Shown here: piece after piece, positions 44,921 to 54,236 of the stretch
Layout of the letters: the number at the start of each line of letters is the position of its first letter
Position numbering within the stretch: the stretch's first letter is position 1
Virus record (IMG/VR): IMGVR_UViG_3300027742_000011
Source: a virus
Length of the DNA: 64,000 nt
Direction: 5' to 3' (one strand)
Position numbers and translations under genes: made by a program
Notes under the pieces: generated by a model
Told to the model about the DNA's origin: nothing
Databases searched by the model: none
The model's input: only the letters and a program-made list of their open reading frames with translations

Positions 44921-46545
44921 AGTGAATATTTCCAAAGAGTTGTTCCGCAATCCCAATATCTTCTATATCCAGCAGAAAACATATTTTCGCTTTCTGTTTT
45001 ATTTTCATCACAGTTATCCAATAATTTTGGCAACTTATGTTTTTGGGCATTCATGCGATTTAACACTTTCCCCGACTTCCAATAATAATACCCTGGCAGA
45101 TTTTCGTGAACTTTCTCAAAGCCACATTTTTTATATGATTTGCCTGAGAATTTATTATTAGATGTATATGATATTAAGCTGCCTGTATGATATGTCAAAG
45201 CACCTTTGAGCAATTTACTAAATCCACCAACTATATTTGTATTTAACTTAAATGCTAATCTAGCAATTTCCCAATCGTATAATTTAGAAAATCTACATTT
45301 ACTAATACAAATTACACCAACTAAATCATTATCATAATATAGACCATATGCACTATTAAGTGGGCATTTGCCTTTAATATGATTAGACTCTAAAAATTCA
45401 TTGGCAGCTAATTTGTCAATTAAGGCAAATTTAGTTTTCCTAGCAAAAATCTTATTTGACAAATTTAGTCTGGATCTAATAATAGATTTTAATACGTCTT
45501 TTTTGTTTTCCCACTCGTAATCTGTAAATGATATAAAATCCAAACCCAAATTGCGACACAATTTCATTTTGTTATAATGTTTTAGCTTCTCTTCTTTAGT
45601 TTCTAATTTATCATACGAGTGCCAATAAATTCCATCTACTTCAATAGCCAGATTATTAACCAATACGTCGATTTCATAGGGAAATATAGTTTTTCTGTCT
45701 TCACACAGAGGCGAAAAGCCAATACTTTTAACAAATTCAGCAACTTCATAATGACATTTTGAAAAATTCGAATGGAGAGGATTAAATCCATATTCTTTTA
45801 TCTTTCTACCCAGCCAATTCGGATCTACATCATATATACTTGCCAAAAGATTTAAGTTTACCTGCCTATTGTGTACCAGCTCCTTAAGAAATAAAGGATC
45901 GTTTAATTTTACTCTACCCGGCCTTTTATTATCTTCTAAATGTTGACGAGTTTTGATGGATCTTCTGCGGTTGCTTTCTAGCATAGAAGGATATTCTGCA
46001 CCATATCTTTCTAGGTTAGTTTTTTTAGTTTTTTCTTTAACCTTTTCTAACTTGCTAGGGTCACATCCATATTTTTTAATATTGTTTTCACTTCGGATGC
46101 TAATAATATGTGTGTTTTGTGTTGGATATTCTACTCCATATCTCTCTAAATTGGTCCTTTTAATTTTATTTTTGATAGTTTTAGACTTTAAAGGATGATC
46201 AGTTCCATATCTCTCTAAATTGGTCTTTTTAATTTTATTTTTAGTTTTTTCTAATTGATATGAATTTTTTACCCCATATCTTTCTATCATAGTTTTTTCT
46301 GTAGCTTTTTTCTTACAATCTAAAGAACCGCACGATTTACTATATCCTTTAGCAACACCTTTAAATTTGAGTTGTGCACCACAAAAACATATAGCTTTTA
46401 CACTATCATGAATGACGTGATAAATATGTTGATTAATATTATCAGATTCTATATTAGATCTTTTCTTTATTTCTAAGACCAATACTTTATCTTTTAATAT
46501 TGCAGCAGTATTAATTGCTCCGTTTTTCCGCCTTGGTAGTTTCAT
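44917..46545 (-). CDS. Hef-like homing endonuclease
   Basis: TNLERYG repeats, EIDVLV..LAIEVDGIYWHS, AGYRRYWDCG. Confidence 0.8.
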   Translation of the reverse strand: MKLPRRKNGAINTAAILKDKVLVLEIKKRSNIESDNINQHIYHVIHDSVKAICFCGAQLKFKGVAKGYSKSCGSLDCKKKATEKTMIERYGVKNSYQLEKTKNKIKKTNLERYGTDHPLKSKTIKNKIKRTNLERYGVEYPTQNTHIISIRSENNIKKYGCDPSKLEKVKEKTKKTNLERYGAEYPSMLESNRRRSIKTRQHLEDNKRPGRVKLNDPLFLKELVHNRQVNLNLLASIYDVDPNWLGRKIKEYGFNPLHSNFSKCHYEVAEFVKSIGFSPLCEDRKTIFPYEIDVLVNNLAIEVDGIYWHSYDKLETKEEKLKHYNKMKLCRNLGLDFISFTDYEWENKKDVLKSIIRSRLNLSNKIFARKTKFALIDKLAANEFLESNHIKGKCPLNSAYGLYYDNDLVGVICISKCRFSKLYDWEIARLAFKLNTNIVGGFSKLLKGALTYHTGSLISYTSNNKFSGKSYKKCGFEKVHENLPGYYYWKSGKVLNRMNAQKHKLPKLLDNCDENKTESENMFSAGYRRYWDCGTTLWKYSL

Positions 46546-47560
46546 TTATAAATCTTTTCGATATCTGTAAAGCTTGATTTATTGCCATATCCATATCTAT
46601 ATATACATACTTACCACAACGACCAACGAAAGTAGTTTTAGCATTTTTAATTTTAGCATATTTTTCGTAGGTTTTTCTGTTATCGCCATCGATATCCTTT
46701 ACAGGATAATATCTCTCCATATTATTTTCCTTATAGTCACAAGGATATTCTTGAGTAATGATAGACCACTTATCATTTTCGCCATGGCCCGGTAGTCTTT
46801 GCCAATTAGTAAAGCGGGTGGTCGGTCTATCATCCGTGTAATTAACAGTCGCTACATCGATATGCTCTAACTGTTCAGAAGGAACCGTATTGGTCATAAA
46901 TTGAATTGAACGATATGGAAGTTCGCCATATTTAAAGTCATAGTACTCATCAATAGGCATAGAGTTAAACACGTGTGAATATTTCTTTTCCATGGACTTC
47001 TTAAACTCGGTATTCAATAGAACACGTATATTAGAATGACCCAAGATGTTATGCACTAATGAAGTGTAACCACATTTTGGCATATATTGATACTTATCAT
47101 CTGGAAAATAATACTCGTTATCATCATCACGAATAGGCACACGATTAATAATATCAGGGTTAAGTTCTTCTAACTCCATTCCCCACATCTTACGAGTGTA
47201 TGGCCGATAGAATGTATCAATAACATTCTCTTCACCAACAATTCTTTTCGTTTCGGCATTAACAGGAAGAGTTACAAGTTGCCCGTCTCTCAGTTGAGCT
47301 TTAACTTTATGTTTATATGGGAGCCACTCAGTAAACTGTGAAAGATAGTCATACACCTTTTCATTGTTCGTGTGAAATAGGTGTGGGCCATATTTGTGGA
47401 CTCGAATATTCCCATCCGACATTTCGTGCTGATAATCATACGCATTACCAGCGATATGACCTCGTTTGTCGATTACATCAACATCATATCCTGCTTCGGC
47501 CATTTCACGTGCAATAATTGCGCCAGTAAAACCGGCACCGACTATTAAAATTTTCTTCAT
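46511..47560 (-). CDS. glf: UDP-galactopyranose mutase
   Basis: VGAGFTG FAD motif, AGNAYD, HKYGPHLFHT, ERYYPV, GRCGKY.Y.DMD. Confidence 0.92.
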   Translation of the reverse strand: MKKILIVGAGFTGAIIAREMAEAGYDVDVIDKRGHIAGNAYDYQHEMSDGNIRVHKYGPHLFHTNNEKVYDYLSQFTEWLPYKHKVKAQLRDGQLVTLPVNAETKRIVGEENVIDTFYRPYTRKMWGMELEELNPDIINRVPIRDDDNEYYFPDDKYQYMPKCGYTSLVHNILGHSNIRVLLNTEFKKSMEKKYSHVFNSMPIDEYYDFKYGELPYRSIQFMTNTVPSEQLEHIDVATVNYTDDRPTTRFTNWQRLPGHGENDKWSIITQEYPCDYKENNMERYYPVKDIDGDNRKTYEKYAKIKNAKTTFVGRCGKYVYIDMDMAINQALQISKRFINETTKAEKRSN

Positions 47561-48654
47561 CGTTTCGCTTCCAGAACCTCATTAAGTTCTAACTGGAAAA
47601 TCTTTCTGTCTAACGGATGATTTTCGTATAGGGCATTGTGTTGCGCTCTAGTGAATTCGATAAGTTGTTTGTCACTCATCGATTCAATATCTTCAGCCTT
47701 CTTATTAGACAGCTGTTCATCTTGGTAATATACAAACAGCTCTTTAGGATCACCAATAAGGATAGACCCTGTGTCTGCTACTTGAAGAGGGCGCGCCCTC
47801 CACCAACCAGAGCCCGAGTGGAAGTAACCAGGCATTAAGCAACCCCACTGCTCTGCGTATCGGCGGCACATTTCATCTTCAGTAATTCTTTCAGATTTCT
47901 CTTCTTTCGCTCGTGCGCCATAGCTTTTTAGTGGCCATTCAGGATTTTGTTCCTTTAACCACTTCTTGGTTTTCTTATGCACGAGAGAAGCGAAATTCCA
48001 CACTTTCTGCTTATCTTCAAAATCAATAGCAGCATCGAAAATGCTAGTAACGCCTGAATGAAAATTGTTGGCTGGTGTTCTGTTCGAGTGATATGGATTT
48101 GGATTGAACCGAAAGACTCTTTCTGGGGCCCAATCGAGATTTAGTAGAGATAAATCACCGCGATCGAATGCTGAGATTAGAAGTCGATTGCTCTTTTCAA
48201 GCATGATCTCACAACCTTTAGCAAAGTCAGTTCGATGCTTATTAAGAGTTTCGATTGGATACTTAGTTTGTTGTAAGTCTAGTAGATATTGTCTAAATGC
48301 GTAATCGTCGTCGCGTGTAAGATTTTCAGCAAAACCACGAATGCCACCGTAAATTTGGTCTACTTGCCAGTCGTCGAATGCTAAAATGGCGTCGGGTCGC
48401 TGGGATAAAGCATAAGTTCCGGCATAAAGGTTTTGACAGAAGGATTGAGGACTATGCATGTAGAATATTACTTCATCATACCCAGAAATATCTTCTCCAA
48501 GCTTTACTTCTTTCTGAATCACCTCATATCCCATATCTCTAAGACCTCTAAGGACAGAATAATGAGATGGAACAACCTTAAGCTGTTGTTTTAAGAAATG
48601 ATCTTCATTACATTGTAAAGTATTCATTCCATTTACTAAAATAGTTTTAGTCAT
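47557..48654 (-). CDS. Putative DNA/nucleotide glycosyltransferase (GT-B-like)
   Basis: Rossmann-like N-terminus, AFDDWQ, LMPGY.HSGSGWWRARPLQ; position next to gp42 and glf. Fold is inferred. Confidence 0.5.
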   Translation of the reverse strand: MTKTILVNGMNTLQCNEDHFLKQQLKVVPSHYSVLRGLRDMGYEVIQKEVKLGEDISGYDEVIFYMHSPQSFCQNLYAGTYALSQRPDAILAFDDWQVDQIYGGIRGFAENLTRDDDYAFRQYLLDLQQTKYPIETLNKHRTDFAKGCEIMLEKSNRLLISAFDRGDLSLLNLDWAPERVFRFNPNPYHSNRTPANNFHSGVTSIFDAAIDFEDKQKVWNFASLVHKKTKKWLKEQNPEWPLKSYGARAKEEKSERITEDEMCRRYAEQWGCLMPGYFHSGSGWWRARPLQVADTGSILIGDPKELFVYYQDEQLSNKKAEDIESMSDKQLIEFTRAQHNALYENHPLDRKIFQLELNEVLEAKR

Positions 48655-49111
48655 GTATTACATTTCCTTCTTCGTCTAAGCTAATACATTGAACGCGGGC
48701 TTCTTTAAACATGCGTTTAGTAGTATTAGCAGACAATTTCCACTTATCACTAATGTCTTTTGAATATTGCATGACGACTTTCGATATGCCTACTTGAATT
48801 ATACCCTTAGCGCATTCATGACATACCGGTAAACCATAAACGTAGAGGTGCGCACCTTCAAGGGACACGCCATTCAACGTCGCATTATAAATGCAATTCA
48901 TTTCACCGTGTACAATATATGAGTATTTCTCTTCGCGATTCTCTAGTCTCTCATCGGAATCACTAATCCCTCTCGGAAAGCCATTATATCCTTGTGAAAG
49001 AATTTGTCTCTTATCGCCGACAGCAATTGCCCCGATCTTTGTAGACGGGTCTTTTGACCATTGCGCCACTTGCTTAGCAATTTCGAGATATCGGTTTGTC
49101 CATTTACTCAT
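48647..49111 (-). CDS. cd: dCMP deaminase
   Basis: SKDPSTKIGA, GYNG, HGEMN, PVCHEC. Confidence 0.9.
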   Translation of the reverse strand: MSKWTNRYLEIAKQVAQWSKDPSTKIGAIAVGDKRQILSQGYNGFPRGISDSDERLENREEKYSYIVHGEMNCIYNATLNGVSLEGAHLYVYGLPVCHECAKGIIQVGISKVVMQYSKDISDKWKLSANTTKRMFKEARVQCISLDEEGNVIHD

Positions 49112-49123
49112 AAATGTATTATC

Positions 49124-49858
49124 CTATAACTTTTCCGAGTCCAACACGTTGTTCCACTCTTTTTTAGTAAGTTGCTTGCCCGTTTGCGCGAACGATTCTA
49201 TGCGCCAAAAGTCTCTCTCGTAGATGTGGAGGCTTCCTACTTGCCAGTAAATATCACCCTTATCTAATTCTAGATCATTAGCCAGTTTAGTCAAAACATA
49301 GTCAGCCCATGCGCGATCATTACGATATCCAAATACGACGTCGTTCGATCTCATTTGCACGATTACATGAAGCTTATCATTTCTTATAACATACTGATGC
49401 GCGTTTGTACACATAAAGTCGCTTCGACCTTTATAATTATAGTCGAGATGCATATTTGGTCGAGTGTAAATCATGATAGCTCGGCGACTATCTTTATTTT
49501 CGATCAATTGTTCCTTCACAGCCTGATATTGCATGTAATTGTCTGGATGGAATACACACCAACCATAATTAGAATTGATGAAACCGTCTTCATCTGCGAC
49601 TTGTTGCCAAATCGCCGGAGTTTTATCAGGAATATCTGCAACATTTAAAGAACAGCTTTCATACCACCGAATTTCTCTATCAACATAGTCCCAATTTACT
49701 GGACCAAAGATGGTGTCTTCGTCTGCAATCAAGCTTGCGCCTACCCACTCGATAGTTTTCACACCAGTTTTATCGGTGACAAACTCTTCTCTGTGCAGTT
49801 TTTCTTTAAAAATTTCTCTTACGAGACTTACTGGTACATATGTTGAATAATCCATCAT
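49124..49858 (-). CDS. gp42: dCMP hydroxymethylase (T4 gp42-like thymidylate synthase family)
   Basis: DKTGVKTIE, INSNYGW, SRRAIMIYTRP, DFMCTN, MRSNDVVFGYRND (Asp at the cytosine-specificity position). Confidence 0.85.
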   Translation of the reverse strand: MMDYSTYVPVSLVREIFKEKLHREEFVTDKTGVKTIEWVGASLIADEDTIFGPVNWDYVDREIRWYESCSLNVADIPDKTPAIWQQVADEDGFINSNYGWCVFHPDNYMQYQAVKEQLIENKDSRRAIMIYTRPNMHLDYNYKGRSDFMCTNAHQYVIRNDKLHVIVQMRSNDVVFGYRNDRAWADYVLTKLANDLELDKGDIYWQVGSLHIYERDFWRIESFAQTGKQLTKKEWNNVLDSEKL

Positions 49859-50205
49859 TTCCCCTTTTTTCTATTCAAAAAATCTCGATCTTTCGATTGA
49901 CCATCTATACCATGTCTCAAGTACGCACACATAAATGAACTATAGTTAATCAAATCTTTTGCGCTGTCTCCAAGAGACTCGAAGTTAGGAGCATACGTTG
50001 GGTCGTTCTGCATTGCTTCCATAACTGAGCGCATTCGAAGCATTTTAGCATGCATAATCTCAAGAATAGTTAAGCAGCCTGATGGATAGTAATCGGCCTG
50101 GCGAATCATTGAATTTGGATTCTGATAGTCATTTGATTTTTGTGTCTGTAAATCGATACACTCTTTTAGGACTTTAATTGATTCTTTTTCGGGATTTTTT
50201 TCCAT
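49855..50205 (-). CDS. Nucleotide-modification-associated (Nmad1/DUF1599-like) protein
   Basis: KSNDY, KMLR, DLINYS. Confidence 0.6.
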   Translation of the reverse strand: MEKNPEKESIKVLKECIDLQTQKSNDYQNPNSMIRQADYYPSGCLTILEIMHAKMLRMRSVMEAMQNDPTYAPNFESLGDSAKDLINYSSFMCAYLRHGIDGQSKDRDFLNRKKGK

Positions 50206-50795
50206 TCATTAAACCTTTCATTTTTGCATCTTGAATGTACTGTGGAGGTAGTAATATCAAACTCAGCTGCTACATCTTTTGCTGAATTGTATGCTTCACC
50301 TGAAATGATATAAACGAACTTATTTTTCAAATCGGGCTTAGGTACTAATTCTGTAATACCAACCGCCTCATAATGAAATGTGTAGTGTTTATCTTTCAAA
50401 TTTAAATCATTTTGGTATTTGATCAGAGCCGTATTCTCTTCTCTTGTAATCGTATGAGTTCGACATCGAGATTTATACCAAGAAGTAGCTCTCTCCAATT
50501 TGTCTATGTTGAAACGATCTTGATTGAAGTGATTAAAAAAATCACGAGAAGATTTTGTTCTCGATCTATAATGATCGTGAGTGTTCAGATTAGATTTACC
50601 GAGTACCGCATTATCATGCGCTTGTACCGACATTAATCCCGAATCTACGTCTGGAGATAGATAATATGAATCTTTATGTAAGGCGATCGCCGCATTTATA
50701 TACGGAGCCTCATAAAATCCTAAAGCCTTAAGGCCTTCATATTGAGCCATCCCTACCACAGAATGAATGTGATATTTGCTGGGTTTATTATCCAT
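50166..50795 (-). CDS. Hypothetical protein with NUMOD1-like HTH C-terminus (possible endonuclease)
   Basis: IISGEAYNSAKDVAAEFDITTSTVHSRC. Confidence 0.55.
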   Translation of the reverse strand: MDNKPSKYHIHSVVGMAQYEGLKALGFYEAPYINAAIALHKDSYYLSPDVDSGLMSVQAHDNAVLGKSNLNTHDHYRSRTKSSRDFFNHFNQDRFNIDKLERATSWYKSRCRTHTITREENTALIKYQNDLNLKDKHYTFHYEAVGITELVPKPDLKNKFVYIISGEAYNSAKDVAAEFDITTSTVHSRCKNERFNEWKKIPKKNQLKS

Positions 50796-50797
50796 TA

Positions 50798-51259
50798 TTA
50801 CACTTTATATTTAGAGAAATTCAAATCGTAAAATCGCTGAACAGTGTCTATATCCTTATAGGTATATATACTCTGCATTTGGACAATGGGGTAAAATCTT
50901 TGAATTGGCAAACCTTTTCCAAAGCTACCCAGCTTAAATGATGTTTTGTTTCTCAAAAAAAGAATTTCGACATATTCATTTATGCTCATTGGAACACTTA
51001 CAAAAATGTTAATGGGACAGTTGTCAATCTTCTGCCATTGTGATTTTTCTATCGCGAACGTATTAGGATAAGGGTATTTGCCAACACGAGTTCTAGCTTT
51101 CACTTCTACTGGAAACCCATTAAATATCATGTCCTTCTCATCGTCGTAGATGTCTGAAGACATTGTAGTTTTTTTAACACTTTTTAGATAGTCGTAGACG
51201 AGAGCTTCGGCGCAATCACCCAAAGCACGCTTATGATTTGAATTTCTTTCTTCTAGCAT
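50798..51259 (-). CDS. PD-(D/E)XK nuclease-like protein
   Basis: GDCAE...D..FNG..VEVKAR. Confidence 0.6.
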   Translation of the reverse strand: MLEERNSNHKRALGDCAEALVYDYLKSVKKTTMSSDIYDDEKDMIFNGFPVEVKARTRVGKYPYPNTFAIEKSQWQKIDNCPINIFVSVPMSINEYVEILFLRNKTSFKLGSFGKGLPIQRFYPIVQMQSIYTYKDIDTVQRFYDLNFSKYKV

Positions 51260-51672
51260 CAGCTGACCGAATATGTAGACTCAGTGGTCACATTCCCAAG
51301 CTTCTTAAATCCATAAACTGTAAGATAATCTATAGAGGTAATTCCGAAAGCTTTAAAGTGATCTTTCACAGCAGCATCGACAGTTTTACCATAACTAATA
51401 TTACCGTTTGATCCATTTCTAACCATGTAACTGTGTGACTGGATACTAGACGGATCATCGCATTCCTTAGTGAACTGCGAACTTGCGAATGTTTTTATAC
51501 CATGTTCACCGAAATCGACTTCAAGAAGATAACGTTTAATAGGTCTATATCTATATTCATACTTTGTTTTCAACGTGATTACTGTTCCAACTCGACCATT
51601 AAAGTCCTCGTTTGTACCATTATATTTGACTCTACTACCAATTTTCACATCATCGTGTTTTAAAATACTCAT
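51259..51672 (-). CDS. Hypothetical protein (KOW/SH3-like N-terminus)
   Basis: KIGSRVKY...GRVGTV. Confidence 0.55.
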   Translation of the reverse strand: MSILKHDDVKIGSRVKYNGTNEDFNGRVGTVITLKTKYEYRYRPIKRYLLEVDFGEHGIKTFASSQFTKECDDPSSIQSHSYMVRNGSNGNISYGKTVDAAVKDHFKAFGITSIDYLTVYGFKKLGNVTTESTYSVS

Positions 51673-51681
51673 CTTATTTCC

Positions 51682-52311
51682 TCAATCATTTACATAAAGT
51701 TGTTCAAGAATTTGCATTCTTAAAATGTCAGCAGCAATATCATGAATACAGTTGTGCTGCTCAAACATACTGTGCCATTCTTCCAAATTTTCATTAGGAA
51801 TAAAACTATTCGTTCGTCTATCTTTAAAACCCGTAAGAGCATCAATAAGTGTTCTTGTGTCTCTTACCGACCAGAACTTCAGGTTCTTGTCATGTCTTTT
51901 ACTTTCACCTAAAGTCTGTGCAATTCTCCAGATGATAATGGGGTCAAAAGTATTTGATCTTGACCACCAATAATCTAAAGGACCCTTGGTTTCAATGTAA
52001 GACATGAAACCATCAAAGAAACTTTCCAAACTCACATCTAGTGCAGCCGGTTTGATTCTCTTCCTCGCTGCAGCGCCCTGTTTTGACCACCATTCGACCG
52101 CACCACTTTCTACTTTAAATCCATACTTCTTAACTTGCGCTGCTACATCAAGTTTAATGTAATTAGCATTTTCTACAATCTCTTTGAATGTGTATGGATT
52201 ATCACTCGTAAATCTATTCCTGTCAAAGACAAACGATGCACAATCTAGGACCGCACACTTCATAGTGTTTTGTCCCATGGTTTCAAAGTCAAATATTAAT
52301 TCTTTACTCAT
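51682..52311 (-). CDS. dexA: DexA-like 3'-5' exonuclease
   Basis: LIFDFETMG, WSRSNTFD, VRDTRT, HNCIHD. Confidence 0.8.
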   Translation of the reverse strand: MSKELIFDFETMGQNTMKCAVLDCASFVFDRNRFTSDNPYTFKEIVENANYIKLDVAAQVKKYGFKVESGAVEWWSKQGAAARKRIKPAALDVSLESFFDGFMSYIETKGPLDYWWSRSNTFDPIIIWRIAQTLGESKRHDKNLKFWSVRDTRTLIDALTGFKDRRTNSFIPNENLEEWHSMFEQHNCIHDIAADILRMQILEQLYVND

Positions 52312-52327
52312 TTCACGTCTTTCAATT

Positions 52328-52531
52328 TTATTTTGTATACTTTGATGCGATCTCATCTTCAACGCCCCAGCGCCAGAATTCACCTCGCTCTACACACTTG
52401 TTTTTCGCCATCGCGCAAACACACGCAAAACAGTATTCACCTGTCTTATTTTTATGCGGCAGATGCTCGCCCCCACAGGGTTGCTTTGATGTCGTGTTAG
52501 AACTCGTATTTAGATTTAATTCTTTACTCAT
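52328..52531 (-). CDS. Small Cys-rich protein
   Basis: PC...CFACVC...C; begins MSKEL like dexA. Confidence 0.5.
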   Translation of the reverse strand: MSKELNLNTSSNTTSKQPCGGEHLPHKNKTGEYCFACVCAMAKNKCVERGEFWRWGVEDEIASKYTK

Positions 52532-52743
52532 TTCGCGCCTTTCAATTTATAAACGTGATCATCTAAAAGGTGGCCGTAACCCTGATCAAAGCAGCATTGA
52601 ATTTTTTCAATGATCTCATCGTTGCAATGTTCCTGTTCAATTTCTATAATTTTATCTTTATGCGCTTTAATACGATCATAAGCTTTATAAAAGTCATCTA
52701 ATAGAGCTTTGGCCTCTTCTTCCGTGTATCTTTTGAAGGTCAT
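52528..52743 (-). CDS. Hypothetical protein
   Basis: 71-aa ORF. Confidence 0.5.
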   Translation of the reverse strand: MTFKRYTEEEAKALLDDFYKAYDRIKAHKDKIIEIEQEHCNDEIIEKIQCCFDQGYGHLLDDHVYKLKGAK

Positions 52744-52774
52744 TTAATACTTTTTACCACCGTCTTCATACCAA

Positions 52775-53389
52775 TCAGACATGATTATCTGCCTTTGGCA
52801 AGGTACCATGATTATCTTCATGCGATGGGGCAGTCCAACCTTCAGGCTTCATCAAATCTGGCAGACCTAGTGGGTTTGGTCTTTCTTTTTTGATGCCGCG
52901 CTGCTTTGTCATGTTTGCATTATGAACTGCATTCCATGCTTTTTCTGAATCGATATCGAAGATATCAAGAGTACCAATGGCAACGACACACAGATCAACT
53001 AGTCCATCTACCACTTCCTCGGGATTATTCATATTATCCTTAATTTCATTAAGCTCTTCTTCAAGAAATGCTACGCGAAATTCTAACATTTTCTGCAGCT
53101 TCTCTTTATCAAAGTTACGAACCGTTTCGTGGAAACCGAACTTATCATGCATATCATATAAGTCTTGAACCCATTTACTGCGATCAACTTTTCCTTCTAC
53201 TCTATTCTCAATCATTTTCCATACCTTTTCATATTCTGGCCAATCACTTTCCACTACAGCATAAACTCTTTCTACTGGTTTTATTTGCTGCAAAAGGTGA
53301 TTTAGTGCCTTCTCTTCAAGAGTTCCTAAATCTTTTCTTTTTATAACATAATATCTATCTTCACGTTCAAAATTACTCATTTTTTCCAA
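52775..53389 (-). CDS. All-alpha NTP pyrophosphohydrolase (MazG/PRA-PH-like; possible dCTPase/dUTPase)
   Basis: FLEEELNE...EVVDGLVD...ANMTK...DLMKPEGW. Confidence 0.8.
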   Translation of the reverse strand: MEKMSNFEREDRYYVIKRKDLGTLEEKALNHLLQQIKPVERVYAVVESDWPEYEKVWKMIENRVEGKVDRSKWVQDLYDMHDKFGFHETVRNFDKEKLQKMLEFRVAFLEEELNEIKDNMNNPEEVVDGLVDLCVVAIGTLDIFDIDSEKAWNAVHNANMTKQRGIKKERPNPLGLPDLMKPEGWTAPSHEDNHGTLPKADNHV

Positions 53390-53402
53390 TCATTTTTTTC
53401 GT

Positions 53403-53492
53403 CTATGTGGCCATCCTACTAAAGTTGGAATGTTTTTCAAATTTAATTACAGAGTGAAATTTATCGTACATAGTGTCCCCGTTCCAATTCAT
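53403..53492 (-). pseudogene. Orphan copy of the gp46 C-terminus
   Basis: GDTMYDKFHSVIKFEKHSNFSRMAT* versus gp46 GAQLHDKFHSLIKFEKHKNFSKMVN. Confidence 0.8.
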
Positions 53493-53498
53493 CAAATT

Positions 53499-53514
53499 AA
53501 TAAATATATTTATA
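53499..53514. promoter_or_regulatory. Back-to-back late boxes
   Basis: AATAAATA on + (53499-53506) and TATAAATA on - (53507-53514). Confidence 0.55.
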
Positions 53515-53528
53515 CTTGGAGATTTCAT

Positions 53529-54236
53529 ATGCAATACATTCCTTATACTTATCTTATTGGTTGGTCTAAATTAAACAAATATTATTATGGTTGCGAATAT
53601 GGAAATATTGTTAAAGTAGCAAACCCATCTAATCTCTGGACATCATATTTTACATCTTCAAAAATAGTTCAAAAATATAGAATGAAATATGGTGAGCCCG
53701 ATATTATTCAGATTCGTAAAACATTTTGTTGTGCTAAATCCACAAAAACATGGGAAGAAACTGTTCTAAGAAAAATGAAAGTTCTTACCAATGATATGTT
53801 TCTTAACGAGAATATTTCTGGTTTAGAATTTGGTCTAACTTCAAAGAGATTTTCTGGAAGAAAACATACCAAAAAATCTAACGAAAAAAATAGACAATCA
53901 CAACTTGGTCGAAAGCATTCAAATGAAACCAAAAGAAAAATATCTGAAGGTAATAAGAATAAAATTATATCTAAAGAAGTAAAAGCTAAAATATCAAAAG
54001 CTAATTCTGGAAGAAAAATGTCTGAAGAATTTTGTAAAAAAAGATCAGAATATACTACTGGTAAAAATAATCCAAAGTATGACCCTACATTATATGATTT
54101 TGTACATCCAATTTATGGTAAATTAAGATGTACAAAATATTATCTGAAGACCGAATATGGAGCAACTAATATACAGAGAGTTATTAAAGGAGATCCTAAA
54201 TACTCTCATTCTGCTGGATGGAAGGTAAGTCATTAA
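53529..54236 (+). CDS. GIY-YIG (Seg-like) homing endonuclease with NUMOD3 repeats, antisense
   Basis: PYTYLIG...YYYGCE, YFTSS, GRKHSNETKRKIS; GGAG SD. Confidence 0.82.
   Translation: MQYIPYTYLIGWSKLNKYYYGCEYGNIVKVANPSNLWTSYFTSSKIVQKYRMKYGEPDIIQIRKTFCCAKSTKTWEETVLRKMKVLTNDMFLNENISGLEFGLTSKRFSGRKHTKKSNEKNRQSQLGRKHSNETKRKISEGNKNKIISKEVKAKISKANSGRKMSEEFCKKRSEYTTGKNNPKYDPTLYDFVHPIYGKLRCTKYYLKTEYGATNIQRVIKGDPKYSHSAGWKVSH

Noticed and set aside
49124-49858. Ordinary thymidylate synthase call
   Set aside because: It matches T4 gp42 motifs (DFMCTN, FGYRND) and has Asp rather than the dUMP-specific Asn; hydroxymethylase versus hydroxylase chemistry cannot be settled from sequence.
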